From the IMG/VR virus record IMGVR_UViG_3300044630_005032, positions 1-63,813 of that record: a DNA stretch of 63,813 nucleotides; one strand, given 5' to 3'. Position 1 is the first letter of the stretch. Each line of letters starts with the position of its first letter. A program made the translations under genes and the position numbers. Below the pieces are notes generated by a model. The model did no database searches. It was not told where the DNA came from and was given only the letters and a program-made list of their open reading frames with translations. This document shows, piece by piece, positions 26,475 through 36,220 of the stretch. Source of the stretch: a virus (taxonomy: Duplodnaviria; Caudoviricetes).

Positions 26475-27385
26475 CTACCACTCTCACGCCACAACCCACC
26501 GACACCCTCCCGGAGCTCCCCAAGCGCAGGCGACGGGAGCGCAAAGGTGCGCCGCTGGAGCAACCGACCAAACCTGGAGCACCACCGCGCACTGAGCTAT
26601 CCGAGCGGCTGATTGTGGAAAACCAGGGGCTAGCCGAGGCAGCCGCTGCTAAGTGGTCCCGCCGCTGCTCCCGCCCTTTTGAAGACTTCATCGGCCCTGC
26701 CCTAGAGGGGCTGATCAACGGGTGCCGTCGCTACGACCCGCACAGGATCAACCCCGCCACAGATCGCCCCTATGCGCTCTCAACCTGCGTGTGCATGTTT
26801 ATCGAGGGGGCCATCAAACACCACATTCGGGACCACGGCTACGACGTGAAGATGCCATCGAAGTGGCGCGAGCACTACCCCAGGGTGCGGCGCCTGATAG
26901 CCGAAGGTCAGACCCTTGCGCAGATCGTTGAGGCCCTGCCCTGCTTCACCGAGGAGGAGATCACGGAGATGCTTGGCGGCATGGTCGGCACGGTGGAGCT
27001 GGAAGACGAGCTGACCCTGTTCAGTTTGCACCAGCCACAGGCCACCGAGGCAGCCCTTGCCCCCGCGCTCTATGCCCTCACCGATGCAGCGTTCGCCAAC
27101 CTGCGCCCCGCTGATCGTGGCCTCCTGGAGCGGTGGGCAGCTGATCCATTTAAACGGGCCTACCCCTCGGGGCCGATGATTCAGTTCCACAACCGTCTGA
27201 AGACGCAGCTGCGTGGACGCACCCTGGAGCAGTTCCGCCAGGGGCTCCTAGGGCTCGACGTTGCCACCATTGCCCCTGCACCCCGTGAGCGGCGCCCCCG
27301 CCAGCCCAGGCCCGCACCGGCCGAGGTGGTACAGCCGTCCCTGTTCGCCCGCCGCAAGCCGCATCCCAAGGCGGTGAAGCTCTAA
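26471..27385 (+). CDS. Phage sigma-70 family factor, SigF/SigB-like (late sigma)
   Basis: Region 2 LIVENQGLA...PFEDFIG...GLINGCRRYDP...IEGAIKHHIRD...VKMP. Confidence 0.85.
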   Translation: MTTTLTPQPTDTLPELPKRRRRERKGAPLEQPTKPGAPPRTELSERLIVENQGLAEAAAAKWSRRCSRPFEDFIGPALEGLINGCRRYDPHRINPATDRPYALSTCVCMFIEGAIKHHIRDHGYDVKMPSKWREHYPRVRRLIAEGQTLAQIVEALPCFTEEEITEMLGGMVGTVELEDELTLFSLHQPQATEAALAPALYALTDAAFANLRPADRGLLERWAADPFKRAYPSGPMIQFHNRLKTQLRGRTLEQFRQGLLGLDVATIAPAPRERRPRQPRPAPAEVVQPSLFARRKPHPKAVKL

Positions 27386-27387
27386 GC

Positions 27388-27395
27388 GGAAAGCT
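27388..27395 (+). promoter_or_regulatory. Late promoter motif GGAAAGCT (representative of ~20 oriented copies)
   Basis: Lies 29 nt before the portal start; other copies are listed in findings. Confidence 0.7.
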
Positions 27396-27424
27396 CAGAT
27401 ACGAGGCTGAGAGTACGGGCGGCG

Positions 27425-28939
27425 GTGCAATCTGAACATCCTGGAACCGACCCGAAGTTGCCATCGTTCCGGCATCCGATCTTGCGGGAGCACGCCGAGG
27501 ATCTGGAGCGAGCCTATGACGCCTGGTATTGCCTGAAGGGTGAGGCGACCAAGCGGAAGTATCTGCCGCCCGAACCAGCAGAACCACCGGCTGCCTATGA
27601 GGGAAGGCTGGGTCGTGCGGTGTTCGCCGATTTCTTCCGGGCTGGTGTCGAAGCCTTCGCAGGGGTGCTATCGCGCAGCAACCCAGTGAACCCACCGCCG
27701 ACCTTTGAGAAGGCGATGGACAACATTGATCTAGAGGGCAATAGCCTTGAGGCGTGGTGGCTCACCGTGGATGCCCTGTGCCTCCGCGATGGTGGGGTGC
27801 CGGTCCTGGTGGAGATGCCTGATGGTCAACCCACTGACGGGGCCAGCGAGGCTGCACTGAAGCGGCGCCCGTACCTGGTCAGCCGCACCCGTTCAACGTG
27901 CTTGAACTGGCGGACCGCCATCGTCAATTCGGTGGAGGTGGTGACCCGCTGCACATTCCTGGAATGGGCTGAGATTGATTCCCCCGATGGCGACTATGGG
28001 GTGATCTACGAGGAGCGCTACCGGGTGATTGAGGCAGGGAAGTGGACGCTGTACAAGTTGACCAAGCAGGCAGACGGCAGGCTGACTATTGGCCAGGTGG
28101 ACAAAGGCCAATACCTGGACGCCAGACAAAAACCGCTGCCGATCTGCCCGGTGGTCTGGTACCCAGCCGAGAAAGCCGGGTTCGGCAAAGGTGGGCAGCC
28201 ATTGCGGCAGGTGGTGGAGCACTGCTTCCAGCATTTTCGGAAGTCCAGCGATCTGGAGGAGAAGACCCACAAGTGCGCCATGCCGGTGCCGGTTGAGGAG
28301 GGTGGTATCCCAGTTGGGCCAGGCCAACCGGAAAGGCCTCTGGTTATCGGTCCCAATAGCGTCATCCGGCTGGAAAAAGGTGGGAAGTTCTATTGGTCAG
28401 AGCCCGAAGCCACATCCCTAGCCGAACAACGGGAACAGATCAAGGAAGTGGTTGAGCTGATCAATCAGCAGCTACTGGGATTCCTCAGTGGTGATAGCAA
28501 GATCACCAAGACTGCCACTCAGGCGCAACTGGAAGGCGGCAGGACGCAGGTGAGCATCAAAGCTATGGGCGAGCGCAAGAAAAGCGTGATGCAGTCCATC
28601 CTGGCGATCTGGTGCCTCTATACCGGGGAGGAGCTGCCTGTAGGCGCTGGCCTCACGATGGACGAGAACGCCTTTGTCCCGCCGCTCGATGCGCAGGGCG
28701 CCAAAGCGCTGATGGATTTAACCGGTGGTGAGCCGCTGATCAGCCAGGAGAGCGCGGTGGAGGAGCTGCAGCGCGGTGGCTTCAACCGGGCAACGAGCAG
28801 CGTGGAGGATGAGATGGAGCGGATCCGGCGCGAGCGGCCGACGCTGGGGGCGCCAACACCAGGGCGGAACGACACGACCACGCCGCTGGATATGAGCACA
28901 CCGCTGGATGAGGTGGAGCCGACGGTGGCGGAAAGCTAA
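27425..28939 (+). CDS. Portal protein (DUF4055-like)
   Basis: YLPPEPAE...YEGRL.RA, IDLEGNSL, KTATQ; size and position after TerL. Confidence 0.85.
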   Translation: MQSEHPGTDPKLPSFRHPILREHAEDLERAYDAWYCLKGEATKRKYLPPEPAEPPAAYEGRLGRAVFADFFRAGVEAFAGVLSRSNPVNPPPTFEKAMDNIDLEGNSLEAWWLTVDALCLRDGGVPVLVEMPDGQPTDGASEAALKRRPYLVSRTRSTCLNWRTAIVNSVEVVTRCTFLEWAEIDSPDGDYGVIYEERYRVIEAGKWTLYKLTKQADGRLTIGQVDKGQYLDARQKPLPICPVVWYPAEKAGFGKGGQPLRQVVEHCFQHFRKSSDLEEKTHKCAMPVPVEEGGIPVGPGQPERPLVIGPNSVIRLEKGGKFYWSEPEATSLAEQREQIKEVVELINQQLLGFLSGDSKITKTATQAQLEGGRTQVSIKAMGERKKSVMQSILAIWCLYTGEELPVGAGLTMDENAFVPPLDAQGAKALMDLTGGEPLISQESAVEELQRGGFNRATSSVEDEMERIRRERPTLGAPTPGRNDTTTPLDMSTPLDEVEPTVAES

Positions 28940-28959
28940 GCCGTAACCACAGAGTCACC

Positions 28960-29118
28960 ATGACTTCAGCGGAACAGCTTTACGAACAGATCAGCCTCGC
29001 CATCTCACAGTCGCTCTGCAGCCTGTTCGAGGTGGTTGGTGTGCTGGAACTGGCCAAGCAGGAGTTGGTGCTCGCCAGCTTTGACGAGGATTCCGACGAT
29101 GAGGAGGAAGGCGAATGA
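28960..29118 (+). CDS. Small acidic protein, not in the ORF track
   Basis: MTSAEQLYEQ...VVGVLELAK; late motif at 28930. Confidence 0.55.
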   Translation: MTSAEQLYEQISLAISQSLCSLFEVVGVLELAKQELVLASFDEDSDDEEEGE

Positions 29119-29258
29119 AGGCCGCGTCAAATTGGAGCCTTGTTGTAGTGGGCTGCTTTTATCTGTTTGCAAGGAATGCAAACATACTTGACCATGCAGT
29201 TGCCATTGGGATGATTATTGCGGGCACTTGCTTTTTGATTGGCTCGCACACCGCCTAA
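29115..29258 (+). CDS. Small hydrophobic protein, not in the ORF track
   Basis: MKAASNWSLVVVGCFYLF...; ATGA-coupled. Confidence 0.4.
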   Translation: MKAASNWSLVVVGCFYLFARNANILDHAVAIGMIIAGTCFLIGSHTA

Positions 29259-29261
29259 TCA

Positions 29262-30392
29262 ATGGCCCAGGGCGACCGCATCATCAGCCGCGTAGACAGC
29301 TACGCCGCCATCCTCGATGAGCTGGAGAGGCGGATGGTGGAGAACACCACCGCCATGCTCCGCACCGCCCTGGATCGCGTCCTAGGCGACCTGAAGCGGC
29401 ATTACAGCGCCTACCTGAACGCCGTGGGCCCCGAGGCCCTGGATCCCGAGGGGAACCCGATCAGGGCCCCCGGTGCTTACAGCTCCGGCGAGGCGACAGC
29501 GAAATACCAGGCCATCCTCAGGGATGCTCAGCAGTTCCTACCGCCTGAGGAGATCGCAACTTGGCAGCGGCGGTTCACCACCGATCTAGTCGAGGCCCTA
29601 TCCGTTGGTGGTGAGGCGGCTGCCGCCCTGCAGACCATCGTGACCGGCGCCACCGCCACCTATGCCGGGGCCAACCCACTCGCGGTCCGTGCTGCCACGC
29701 AGGCGGCCACCGCCTTCATGCAGGGCGAAACTGCCCGGTTCCGTGATCAGATTGCCCAGATCGTCAGCGAGGGGGTGGCCCGTGGTTGGGGCTCCAGGCG
29801 GCTGGAACGGCAGATCGTCGCGGCACTGGAGGGCACAACCGATCCCACGGGCAAGACGGCCCGCATGGGGCTACGGCAGCGGGCTGAGGTGATCGCTCGC
29901 AGTGAGCTGGCCAATGCCTATGTGAAGGGGGCCATAGATCACAATCTGAAGGAGGGCTATGCGTTCATCCGGTGGGTCGCTGCCACCGATGAGCGGGTCT
30001 GTCGATGGTGTCTCAGCCGTCATGGGCAGATATTCCCGGCCGATCAGGTGGTGATCCCTGCTCACCCGCAGTGCCGCTGCACACCGGTTCCGGTGCCTGC
30101 CAATGAGGTGGAGGAGGATGATCCGGTGATTCGTGACACCCTGCTCGATGGTGAGTTCTGGCGGGAGGAGCAGGCGGCAGGCGTGAGGGCCCTGGCCAAG
30201 GCCGAGGGGATCAGTGAAGAGAAGGCGCGGGGGCTGCTGCAGCGGGCACTGACGACACCAACTGCCAGCGAGCGGTATCTGTTCCCCGATCGCAAGCGCA
30301 GCATCCCGCCCTCGGCGCCGTTGGATGCCCCGCAGGATGGGCGGACGTTCAGCGAGGCGATAGGGGAACTGGCGGCTAGGAGGGGTGGCTAG
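29262..30392 (+). CDS. Minor head morphogenesis protein (Mu gpF / SPP1 gp7 family)
   Basis: RAEVIARSE, W.A..DERVC..C...HG, PAHPQCRC. Confidence 0.88.
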   Translation: MAQGDRIISRVDSYAAILDELERRMVENTTAMLRTALDRVLGDLKRHYSAYLNAVGPEALDPEGNPIRAPGAYSSGEATAKYQAILRDAQQFLPPEEIATWQRRFTTDLVEALSVGGEAAAALQTIVTGATATYAGANPLAVRAATQAATAFMQGETARFRDQIAQIVSEGVARGWGSRRLERQIVAALEGTTDPTGKTARMGLRQRAEVIARSELANAYVKGAIDHNLKEGYAFIRWVAATDERVCRWCLSRHGQIFPADQVVIPAHPQCRCTPVPVPANEVEEDDPVIRDTLLDGEFWREEQAAGVRALAKAEGISEEKARGLLQRALTTPTASERYLFPDRKRSIPPSAPLDAPQDGRTFSEAIGELAARRGG

Positions 30393-30401
30393 GAGGGGTG
30401 G

Positions 30402-30731
30402 CTAGGGGGGCGATGAACCTTGCGAGCCGTTAAACTTTTTTGTTTCCTTATTCATGCCTATGTTGCGAATTGCCCCAAATTCAGAACTCCAAATAGAAAC
30501 GCTTTTGCCGTTGACAAAAACAATAATTACTTCTGTTGAGCCAATGTCTATCTCCGGTTCAACTTTTTTGAATGAGTTAGTAACAAGTCTTTTTTCAATT
30601 TCGCCGCCTTCAGAATTACCATAATCATATGTCGTGATAAAAGCATCTGCCACAATATCAGCTCCAAAGATGTTACAAGCCATGATGTAAAGGTTTTGAT
30701 CCCTTCTGAAAATACTTAAATCGAGATCCAT
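30402..30731 (-). CDS. Hypothetical protein (AT-rich insert)
   Basis: Low-GC ORF flanked by GGCGGCTAGG repeats. Confidence 0.6.
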   Translation of the reverse strand: MDLDLSIFRRDQNLYIMACNIFGADIVADAFITTYDYGNSEGGEIEKRLVTNSFKKVEPEIDIGSTEVIIVFVNGKSVSIWSSEFGAIRNIGMNKETKKFNGSQGSSPP

Positions 30732-30769
30732 GGGTTGGCGGCTAGGGGGTGATGGGTGGAGGGTTGGGG

Positions 30770-31033
30770 TTAGCGATAAACCACAAAGGAATCCAAGGGG
30801 AAACGTTCAATAAAATCTCGCACATCTGCTGCTGTCCTCAGCCCACCGCTTTCCAATAACTGGTTGCCCCAAGCAAGAAATTCGTCCCTTGTGGCCAAGC
30901 ATACTGCCCTTGTAGTGTCATTAACCATTGAAGCCAAGGCTCCCAATGTGTCACCCCTATCGCAAAAATCAAAGGCGCGTTGCTTGCACCATTCTAGGTA
31001 CTGCTCAGGTGTTTGCATGGTGGTGGTTGACAA
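30770..31033 (-). CDS. Hypothetical protein
   Basis: YLEWCKQRA...ALASM. Confidence 0.6.
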   Translation of the reverse strand: MSTTTMQTPEQYLEWCKQRAFDFCDRGDTLGALASMVNDTTRAVCLATRDEFLAWGNQLLESGGLRTAADVRDFIERFPLDSFVVYR

Positions 31034-31053
31034 TGTGGTTGATAAAGCGGGGC

Positions 31054-31338
31054 TCAGTGGTTGTCAAACCCGATGTGAAGCCACTGCCGGGGCTCAATCG
31101 TCAGCGGCGCGGGCCAGAAGCCGTGGCGGCGGAACTCAGCCGGAAGATCCCATTGCTGCTGGCGGCCCCTGGCCATTCTCAGGATTGCACCCACTATGCG
31201 GCTCTCGCCGATGCGGATCACCTCTCCGGTCTTCGGGTCGAAGGCCACCACGCCGCTGATCCTGCGCCCGGTGCGGTCGTAGACGGTGGCGCCGTTGGGG
31301 TATTGCTCGCGGAAGGCGGGGTCGTTGGCGTCAAGCAT
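31054..31338 (-). CDS. Hypothetical protein
   Basis: MLDAND...FDPKTGEVI; overlaps the upstream stop. Confidence 0.55.
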   Translation of the reverse strand: MLDANDPAFREQYPNGATVYDRTGRRISGVVAFDPKTGEVIRIGESRIVGAILRMARGRQQQWDLPAEFRRHGFWPAPLTIEPRQWLHIGFDNH

Positions 31339-32458
31339 GGGGGCTGGGGGTGATGGGTGGGCTGGGGAGGGGTTGCCAGTGGGTTGGCTCGGGGAACCAA
31401 GTACCCTTTTGCCCATGCCAGTAGTGCATCGGAAACCTGATCGTGCCATCAGGCGGCGCGGCGATGGGGGAAATTGACTTTGCTGCCGTGATGTAAGGAC
31501 CCGTGAACTCGTTGTAGGCGATGAAATCAGCCCCATCCCTAGGCGCCGTTTCAATCGGCTGCCAGGCGCTGCGCTGGTTCCAATCCGCCAGTGCCTGCTC
31601 TGCTTTTTCAGTGTCGATCTGTGCGGTTCCGTCGCATGATTTAACCTGTGACAACAGATCGGCAAGCGCTGATTGAACTCCCACGGGGCCATCGTGGCAG
31701 CCGCTGAACCCAGGATGCGCCAGGATCGCCTCAGCGTCTTCTGGATAGGTGTCGTACCTGCCATCCACTTCTTCGAGGATCTGGGCCAGCCTCAGGACGC
31801 GCTCCGCCTCGGGCTCTTCCGGTGCAGGAGTGGTGGTTAGGGTTTGGCACAGATCACGAAGCCGTTGGATCTCGATCAGGGCCGCCATCAGCTCCAGGTT
31901 CACTTCCCCCTCCACCGGCTGAGCGGCGGGCTGGGTAACCGGAGCACGCCAGCGGGTGATAGCGGCGGTGATCATGTCGCGCAGCATTGGAAGGGGGGTA
32001 AATGGTGGTGCGCGGAAGACATCAGCCGCAAGCAATGCGCCGTTGTTGCCTGGTACAAACCCAAACTCTTTGCACAGCTCGGCAACGTCGTCAAGGCTTG
32101 GCCCTTCTGTTTGATCAGCCCGAGGATCCGGCCCACCACGCAGCACGTCAAGGTGCTGGCTTGCAGTCAGGCCGTCGGAGAAGCCGGGGTCGTGCAGCTC
32201 GGCTAGGTTTACTGGGTTGGCTGCGGGCTTGGCAGAAGACGGCGGGGTAACCAGCCCATCCCTCAACAGGCGGGCAGCAGTGCTAATCACCAGATCAGCG
32301 TCGTGGTAAGGCTCAGCAGGAACCCGCATCACAAAGTTGCGGCGGACGCAATCAGCGCCCTGCGTCACATAGTCGGCCAACTCGTCCAGTCTGTCGGCGA
32401 GACGCTTTACATCAATCCCGTGGCCCCAGGGGTCTGATTGTGTCGTGCGGTCCTTCAT
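31331..32458 (-). CDS. Mosaic protein with C-terminal DUF551-like domain
   Basis: WQPIETAPRDG...PTHWQPLP. Confidence 0.7.
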   Translation of the reverse strand: MKDRTTQSDPWGHGIDVKRLADRLDELADYVTQGADCVRRNFVMRVPAEPYHDADLVISTAARLLRDGLVTPPSSAKPAANPVNLAELHDPGFSDGLTASQHLDVLRGGPDPRADQTEGPSLDDVAELCKEFGFVPGNNGALLAADVFRAPPFTPLPMLRDMITAAITRWRAPVTQPAAQPVEGEVNLELMAALIEIQRLRDLCQTLTTTPAPEEPEAERVLRLAQILEEVDGRYDTYPEDAEAILAHPGFSGCHDGPVGVQSALADLLSQVKSCDGTAQIDTEKAEQALADWNQRSAWQPIETAPRDGADFIAYNEFTGPYITAAKSISPIAAPPDGTIRFPMHYWHGQKGTWFPEPTHWQPLPSPPITPSPHA

Positions 32459-32608
32459 TGTTGGTGGTGGCAAGTGGGTTGGTCGCGTGGTGTCACCGCT
32501 GGCATTCAATACCAACATACTCAGCGGCTTCTGAGTCGCTTTTGGTTACCGGAAGGCCGTGGAAAAGGCCGTGGTCTTGTACTCTGGGGAAAGGCCCATC
32601 CTTGCGCA

Positions 32609-32899
32609 TCAACTTAAGTTAAGCGCTTTGCGCACTTCCCTGCGCAGTAACTGTAAAGCTCTAGTACCGACAACAATCTCAACTGGAACAAGGTCCCTTT
32701 GCTCAACCTCAGCCAAAAGCTCCACAATGCGCTCGCTGACCAGCTTCCCGGACGACAGCCGCTCGCCTTCCTCGGCGGCCTGCAGCAGCTTGCGGGCGTG
32801 ATCCATGGCGATGGCCAGCGGGTCATCCTTTGCGGGGTCCATCTCCCACCCGTCAACAGCATCAGCAAGCTGCTTCAGGGCGGCGCGAAAGTCGGTCAT
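32609..32899 (-). CDS. Hypothetical protein (MTDFRA family)
   Basis: Start and leader shared with 35165-35902. Confidence 0.6.
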   Translation of the reverse strand: MTDFRAALKQLADAVDGWEMDPAKDDPLAIAMDHARKLLQAAEEGERLSSGKLVSERIVELLAEVEQRDLVPVEIVVGTRALQLLRREVRKALNLS

Positions 32900-33038
32900 G
32901 GTCGGTTGGCGGTGGTGGTGAAGGGGTGCCGGAGGTACAACGGTCCCTGCGCAGAACAGGAAACCCTCCGGCCCGCCCATCATAATCCATTGCAGTTTCC
33001 TAAGCCACCACGGCAAGCTAAGGAAACGCAACGGCCCC

Positions 33039-33227
33039 ATGCCTCTTGATCTACGTGCGTTCCTGACTCTGCACGCCACCGTTGGCGCCAGGGATGAGGA
33101 GGCCACCCGCCAGGTGCTGCGTGATGTGGCCCTGAACCTGCCGCAGCGGACCGCTCACAAAGTGGTCTCGATGCTGGAGCGGTCCATTGGCGTGGGTGCT
33201 CGGGTCTGGCTGCAGAGGCTGGCCTAG
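33039..33227 (+). CDS. Hypothetical protein
   Basis: GGCAAGCT motif at 33012. Confidence 0.55.
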   Translation: MPLDLRAFLTLHATVGARDEEATRQVLRDVALNLPQRTAHKVVSMLERSIGVGARVWLQRLA

Positions 33228-33539
33228 GTGTCCCGCCACCGAATTGAGGGATCAGAGCTGGTCCCCAAGCGGGTCACAATGAGCAGCTTCAGACGCGAGA
33301 TCAGCAACGCCTGGGATGGTGCCTGCGCCTACTGCGGATGCAAGCCGGAGAAGATCACGCTTGACCATGTAACGCCAAAGGCGAAGGGGGGCACGACCGA
33401 TCGCGCCAACCTTGTCCCGGCTTGCGCAGAATGCAACGTGTCAAAGAACCACTGCGACGTGTGGACCTGGTATCACGCGCAGCCGTTCCACTCTGCCGCG
33501 AGGGAGGAGCGGATCAGGAGCTGGCTGGCCCCTGATTGA
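33228..33539 (+). CDS. HNH endonuclease
   Basis: CAYCG...LDHV.PKAKGG...NLVPACAECNVSK. Confidence 0.9.
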   Translation: MSRHRIEGSELVPKRVTMSSFRREISNAWDGACAYCGCKPEKITLDHVTPKAKGGTTDRANLVPACAECNVSKNHCDVWTWYHAQPFHSAAREERIRSWLAPD

Positions 33540-33656
33540 TCACTTCGCCTTCATGCCCCCGCCCTTGGCAGGCTTGGGCTTCTTCGGCATGGCCTTTCCC
33601 TTGCCCTTGCCAGCCTTGCCCATTGCCATGCCCTTGCCTGCTTTGCCGTTGTACAC
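33540..33656 (-). CDS. Small Lys/Gly-rich basic peptide
   Basis: MYNGKAGKGMAMGKAGKGKGKAMPKKPKPAKGGGMKAK; minus-strand late motif at 33678-33685. Confidence 0.5.
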   Translation of the reverse strand: MYNGKAGKGMAMGKAGKGKGKAMPKKPKPAKGGGMKAK

Positions 33657-33677
33657 GGGGTCACCGCTGACTGCCTG

Positions 33678-33694
33678 AGGTTTCCTGGAAACCT
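33678..33694. promoter_or_regulatory. Back-to-back late promoter motifs AGGTTTCC-T-GGAAACCT
   Basis: Perfect dyad between divergent ORFs. Confidence 0.65.
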
Positions 33695-33714
33695 GGGCTA
33701 GATCGTGCGACGCC

Positions 33715-34209
33715 ATGACCATCCCCGTCCTGAACAGCCTATGGCGGATCACCCCAAGGGATGACCGTGAGTTAATCAGGAGCTACGCGGGCTGGCCCTT
33801 GTCGGTGACCAACCTCACCCAACTAACGGCGATCCTCAACCGGGTGGCGATCACCTCCACTGCTGCCGTAACCCAGGTGCAACGATGGATCGACGAGATC
33901 GAGAACCTGGAGGCGGACTACGCGGATCAGGTGGAGAGCGGCAAGGCGCACCTCAACAATGCGGCGAGCTACGAAGGCCCAACCCCTGGAAAGACCCTGA
34001 GCCGCAACGACCTGAAGAAGAAGGCCGACGTACTGGAATGGGACACCAGCCTGTTGCTCGTGAAGTACGAATCGGGCGGCGCTGGTGGGACGGCAGGCGC
34101 CGTGCTCGGCGGACGTATGGCCGACTTAAAAGGGCGGATCTTCCAGACGCTGGGGATCCAACCGGTCAGCGGCAGCGGCAGCGGAATGGCAACGCTGGTG
34201 CGTAGCTGA
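33715..34209 (+). CDS. Putative head-tail connector / adaptor
   Basis: KKADVLEW motif; first of three late ORFs; positional call. Confidence 0.5.
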   Translation: MTIPVLNSLWRITPRDDRELIRSYAGWPLSVTNLTQLTAILNRVAITSTAAVTQVQRWIDEIENLEADYADQVESGKAHLNNAASYEGPTPGKTLSRNDLKKKADVLEWDTSLLLVKYESGGAGGTAGAVLGGRMADLKGRIFQTLGIQPVSGSGSGMATLVRS

Positions 34210-34676
34210 TGGCTACCGACTTCGCCGAATACGCGAATCTGCGGATGCTGTGGCAACCGCCGGGGACGATCACGAACTTCCGTGCGGGGGTGCCCGCTGC
34301 TGGCCCTGCGGTAGTGGTCGAGGCGTTTGCCAAGCCGCAAGGCAGGAGCGAGCAGGATCTACCGGGGGTGAAGGCAGGCTCGCTGATGCTTGAAGGGTTT
34401 ATCACTCGCTGGGCGCTGCTGGGCTCCGCAAGCTGGCTGGCGGCCGGTGCTTCCCTCACGTGGGATGAGACGGGCTACAGGCCTGCTGGGATGCTGCCAG
34501 GGGCCACAGGGCAGGCGGTGCTGAGCGACCTCACCGTGCTGCCCACACTGGCCGATGGTGCCGAACAGGGGCAGCTGCGCATCCTGGAGTTCCCTTTTGG
34601 TGTTGGCGGGATCGGCAGCGAGCTACGCGAGGCACTGGGGGACAAGTTCAAGGCTGCCCTGTTCACTGCGATCTGA
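34209..34676 (+). CDS. Putative head-closure / neck protein
   Basis: Positional call; coupled to the previous ORF. Confidence 0.45.
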   Translation: MATDFAEYANLRMLWQPPGTITNFRAGVPAAGPAVVVEAFAKPQGRSEQDLPGVKAGSLMLEGFITRWALLGSASWLAAGASLTWDETGYRPAGMLPGATGQAVLSDLTVLPTLADGAEQGQLRILEFPFGVGGIGSELREALGDKFKAALFTAI

Positions 34677-34679
34677 ACC

Positions 34680-35168
34680 ATGAGCATTCGAGTAGAAACC
34701 ACGGTCACCGGCCCCGGTCCTGGGGAGATGAATCAGATGCTGGCGGCAGTCGTTCAAAACACATTTGTTGAGCTGATCGGTCGCTATCAGGCATCGTTCA
34801 ATCCACCGGCTTGGCAATGGCCACGGGAAACCAAGCGTTACAAGGGAAGGAAAGGCGGTAAATCAGGGAAGACAAAGCGCACCTTTGTAGTAGTCGGCAG
34901 CCCGCGTAACCTCAAAGATCGGGGCACGCTTAGCCAATCGTTCTCTTATTCCTCCCCCAATCCTTTTGTCCTAGAAGCCACCTGGAGCGCCCAGTACGCC
35001 ACCGCCGTGCATGAAGGAGCCCGCCTGCGCAACGGCACCATTCTCCCGGCCAGGCCCTGGACTGATGCGGTCAGGGGCACGGTGCAGGCATCGGCATCGG
35101 GGATCCCGGTGTTCCCGCTTGGCCGGAAGCTGCAGCAACGCATCCAAAGGGCGGTGGCGGGGTCTTAA
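34680..35168 (+). CDS. Putative tail-completion / neck protein (HK97 gp10-like)
   Basis: DRGTLSQS, YATAVHEG, PARPW. Confidence 0.6.
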   Translation: MSIRVETTVTGPGPGEMNQMLAAVVQNTFVELIGRYQASFNPPAWQWPRETKRYKGRKGGKSGKTKRTFVVVGSPRNLKDRGTLSQSFSYSSPNPFVLEATWSAQYATAVHEGARLRNGTILPARPWTDAVRGTVQASASGIPVFPLGRKLQQRIQRAVAGS

Positions 35169-35902
35169 GTCGGTTGGGCGGGATCTACCGTCGTCGGCAG
35201 GAACCGAGTTGACGCCGGCAGCCAGTAAGTGAAAGGCAAGTCCAGCTTCAAGGCCGATGTCGGCTTGAGTTCCCAGATCAATAGCACCTGGCCGCAGTGC
35301 CTGAACTCCTTAGCCAGGTAGCAGTAGTGTTCATCAGAGCTGCTAGTCCCATCGTATGCCGTGATAACCAGGCAATCGGCATCCTCCGGCAGCCGCTCGC
35401 TCACCGGGATGGGCTTTGGCGCGAGTGCCGCATGGCAACCCCAGCGGGCGAGGGCAGCGCGAAGCAAGCCCAGTAACTCAGGGACGTACAGGGGGTCTGG
35501 CAATTCCTGATCATCGGAAGGGAGATCCGTACAACCCATCCATAGCATTATTTGCGCCCTTAAATCATCGTCTGTCGGCCCATCGCTTTCCGGTGGCACT
35601 GCAGAGCGGCCCCAACGGGCAAGGATGATCTCAGCCGTGTTCAGCGAGTGCGTGCGAGCGTCTGAATTGGGCAAATCAGCCCAGCTTGGCCAATGCGGCT
35701 TGGCGTGATCGGGTGCAGTTGCAAGCATTGCATTTTCGTAGACGATCTGAGCTACTTGCTCAACGCTCGCCCGCGTCCCTCTTGTCTCGTCCAGTTCTGC
35801 GCAGGCTCGATTTACAAGGGATCTGTCGTGCATGGGGTTCGCTACTTTGTAGCCAAACAGTTCGCTTACAAGCTCAGCACACAAGGCGCGGAAGTCGGTC
35901 AT
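35165..35902 (-). CDS. Mosaic hypothetical protein (MTDFRA N-terminus, DUF551-like C-terminus)
   Basis: GPTDDDL, ARWG x2, PIPVSERLP...TYWLP. Confidence 0.65.
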   Translation of the reverse strand: MTDFRALCAELVSELFGYKVANPMHDRSLVNRACAELDETRGTRASVEQVAQIVYENAMLATAPDHAKPHWPSWADLPNSDARTHSLNTAEIILARWGRSAVPPESDGPTDDDLRAQIMLWMGCTDLPSDDQELPDPLYVPELLGLLRAALARWGCHAALAPKPIPVSERLPEDADCLVITAYDGTSSSDEHYCYLAKEFRHCGQVLLIWELKPTSALKLDLPFTYWLPASTRFLPTTVDPAQPT

Positions 35903-35941
35903 GGTCGGTTGGTGGTGAATGGGTGCGATGCTTTGGTTGAG

Positions 35942-36220
35942 TCAGGTGGCGGGAAAGGGGGAGATGGACACGTACCATTCAACCCTTACCTTCATTAGTT
36001 CATTGTTTGCTTCATCTATCCATTCAACCGTTACGCCACTGATAGGCTCTTGGCCTTTGAAGTCAATTCGCCGTTCTTGCTCAGCTTGGCGCAAGGCAGC
36101 GGCAAGGGGTAGAAGATTTTCTTTTGTAAGGTAACTGTTTACACAAGAAGCAATCCCCAGCAATCCTTTGCGGATCTCTGTGTCGTCAGGGGTTAAGCCC
36201 GCTCGGCAGTTTGAATCCAT
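35942..36220 (-). CDS. Hypothetical protein
   Basis: Same CACCAACCGACC-type leader as its neighbours. Confidence 0.55.
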   Translation of the reverse strand: MDSNCRAGLTPDDTEIRKGLLGIASCVNSYLTKENLLPLAAALRQAEQERRIDFKGQEPISGVTVEWIDEANNELMKVRVEWYVSISPFPAT

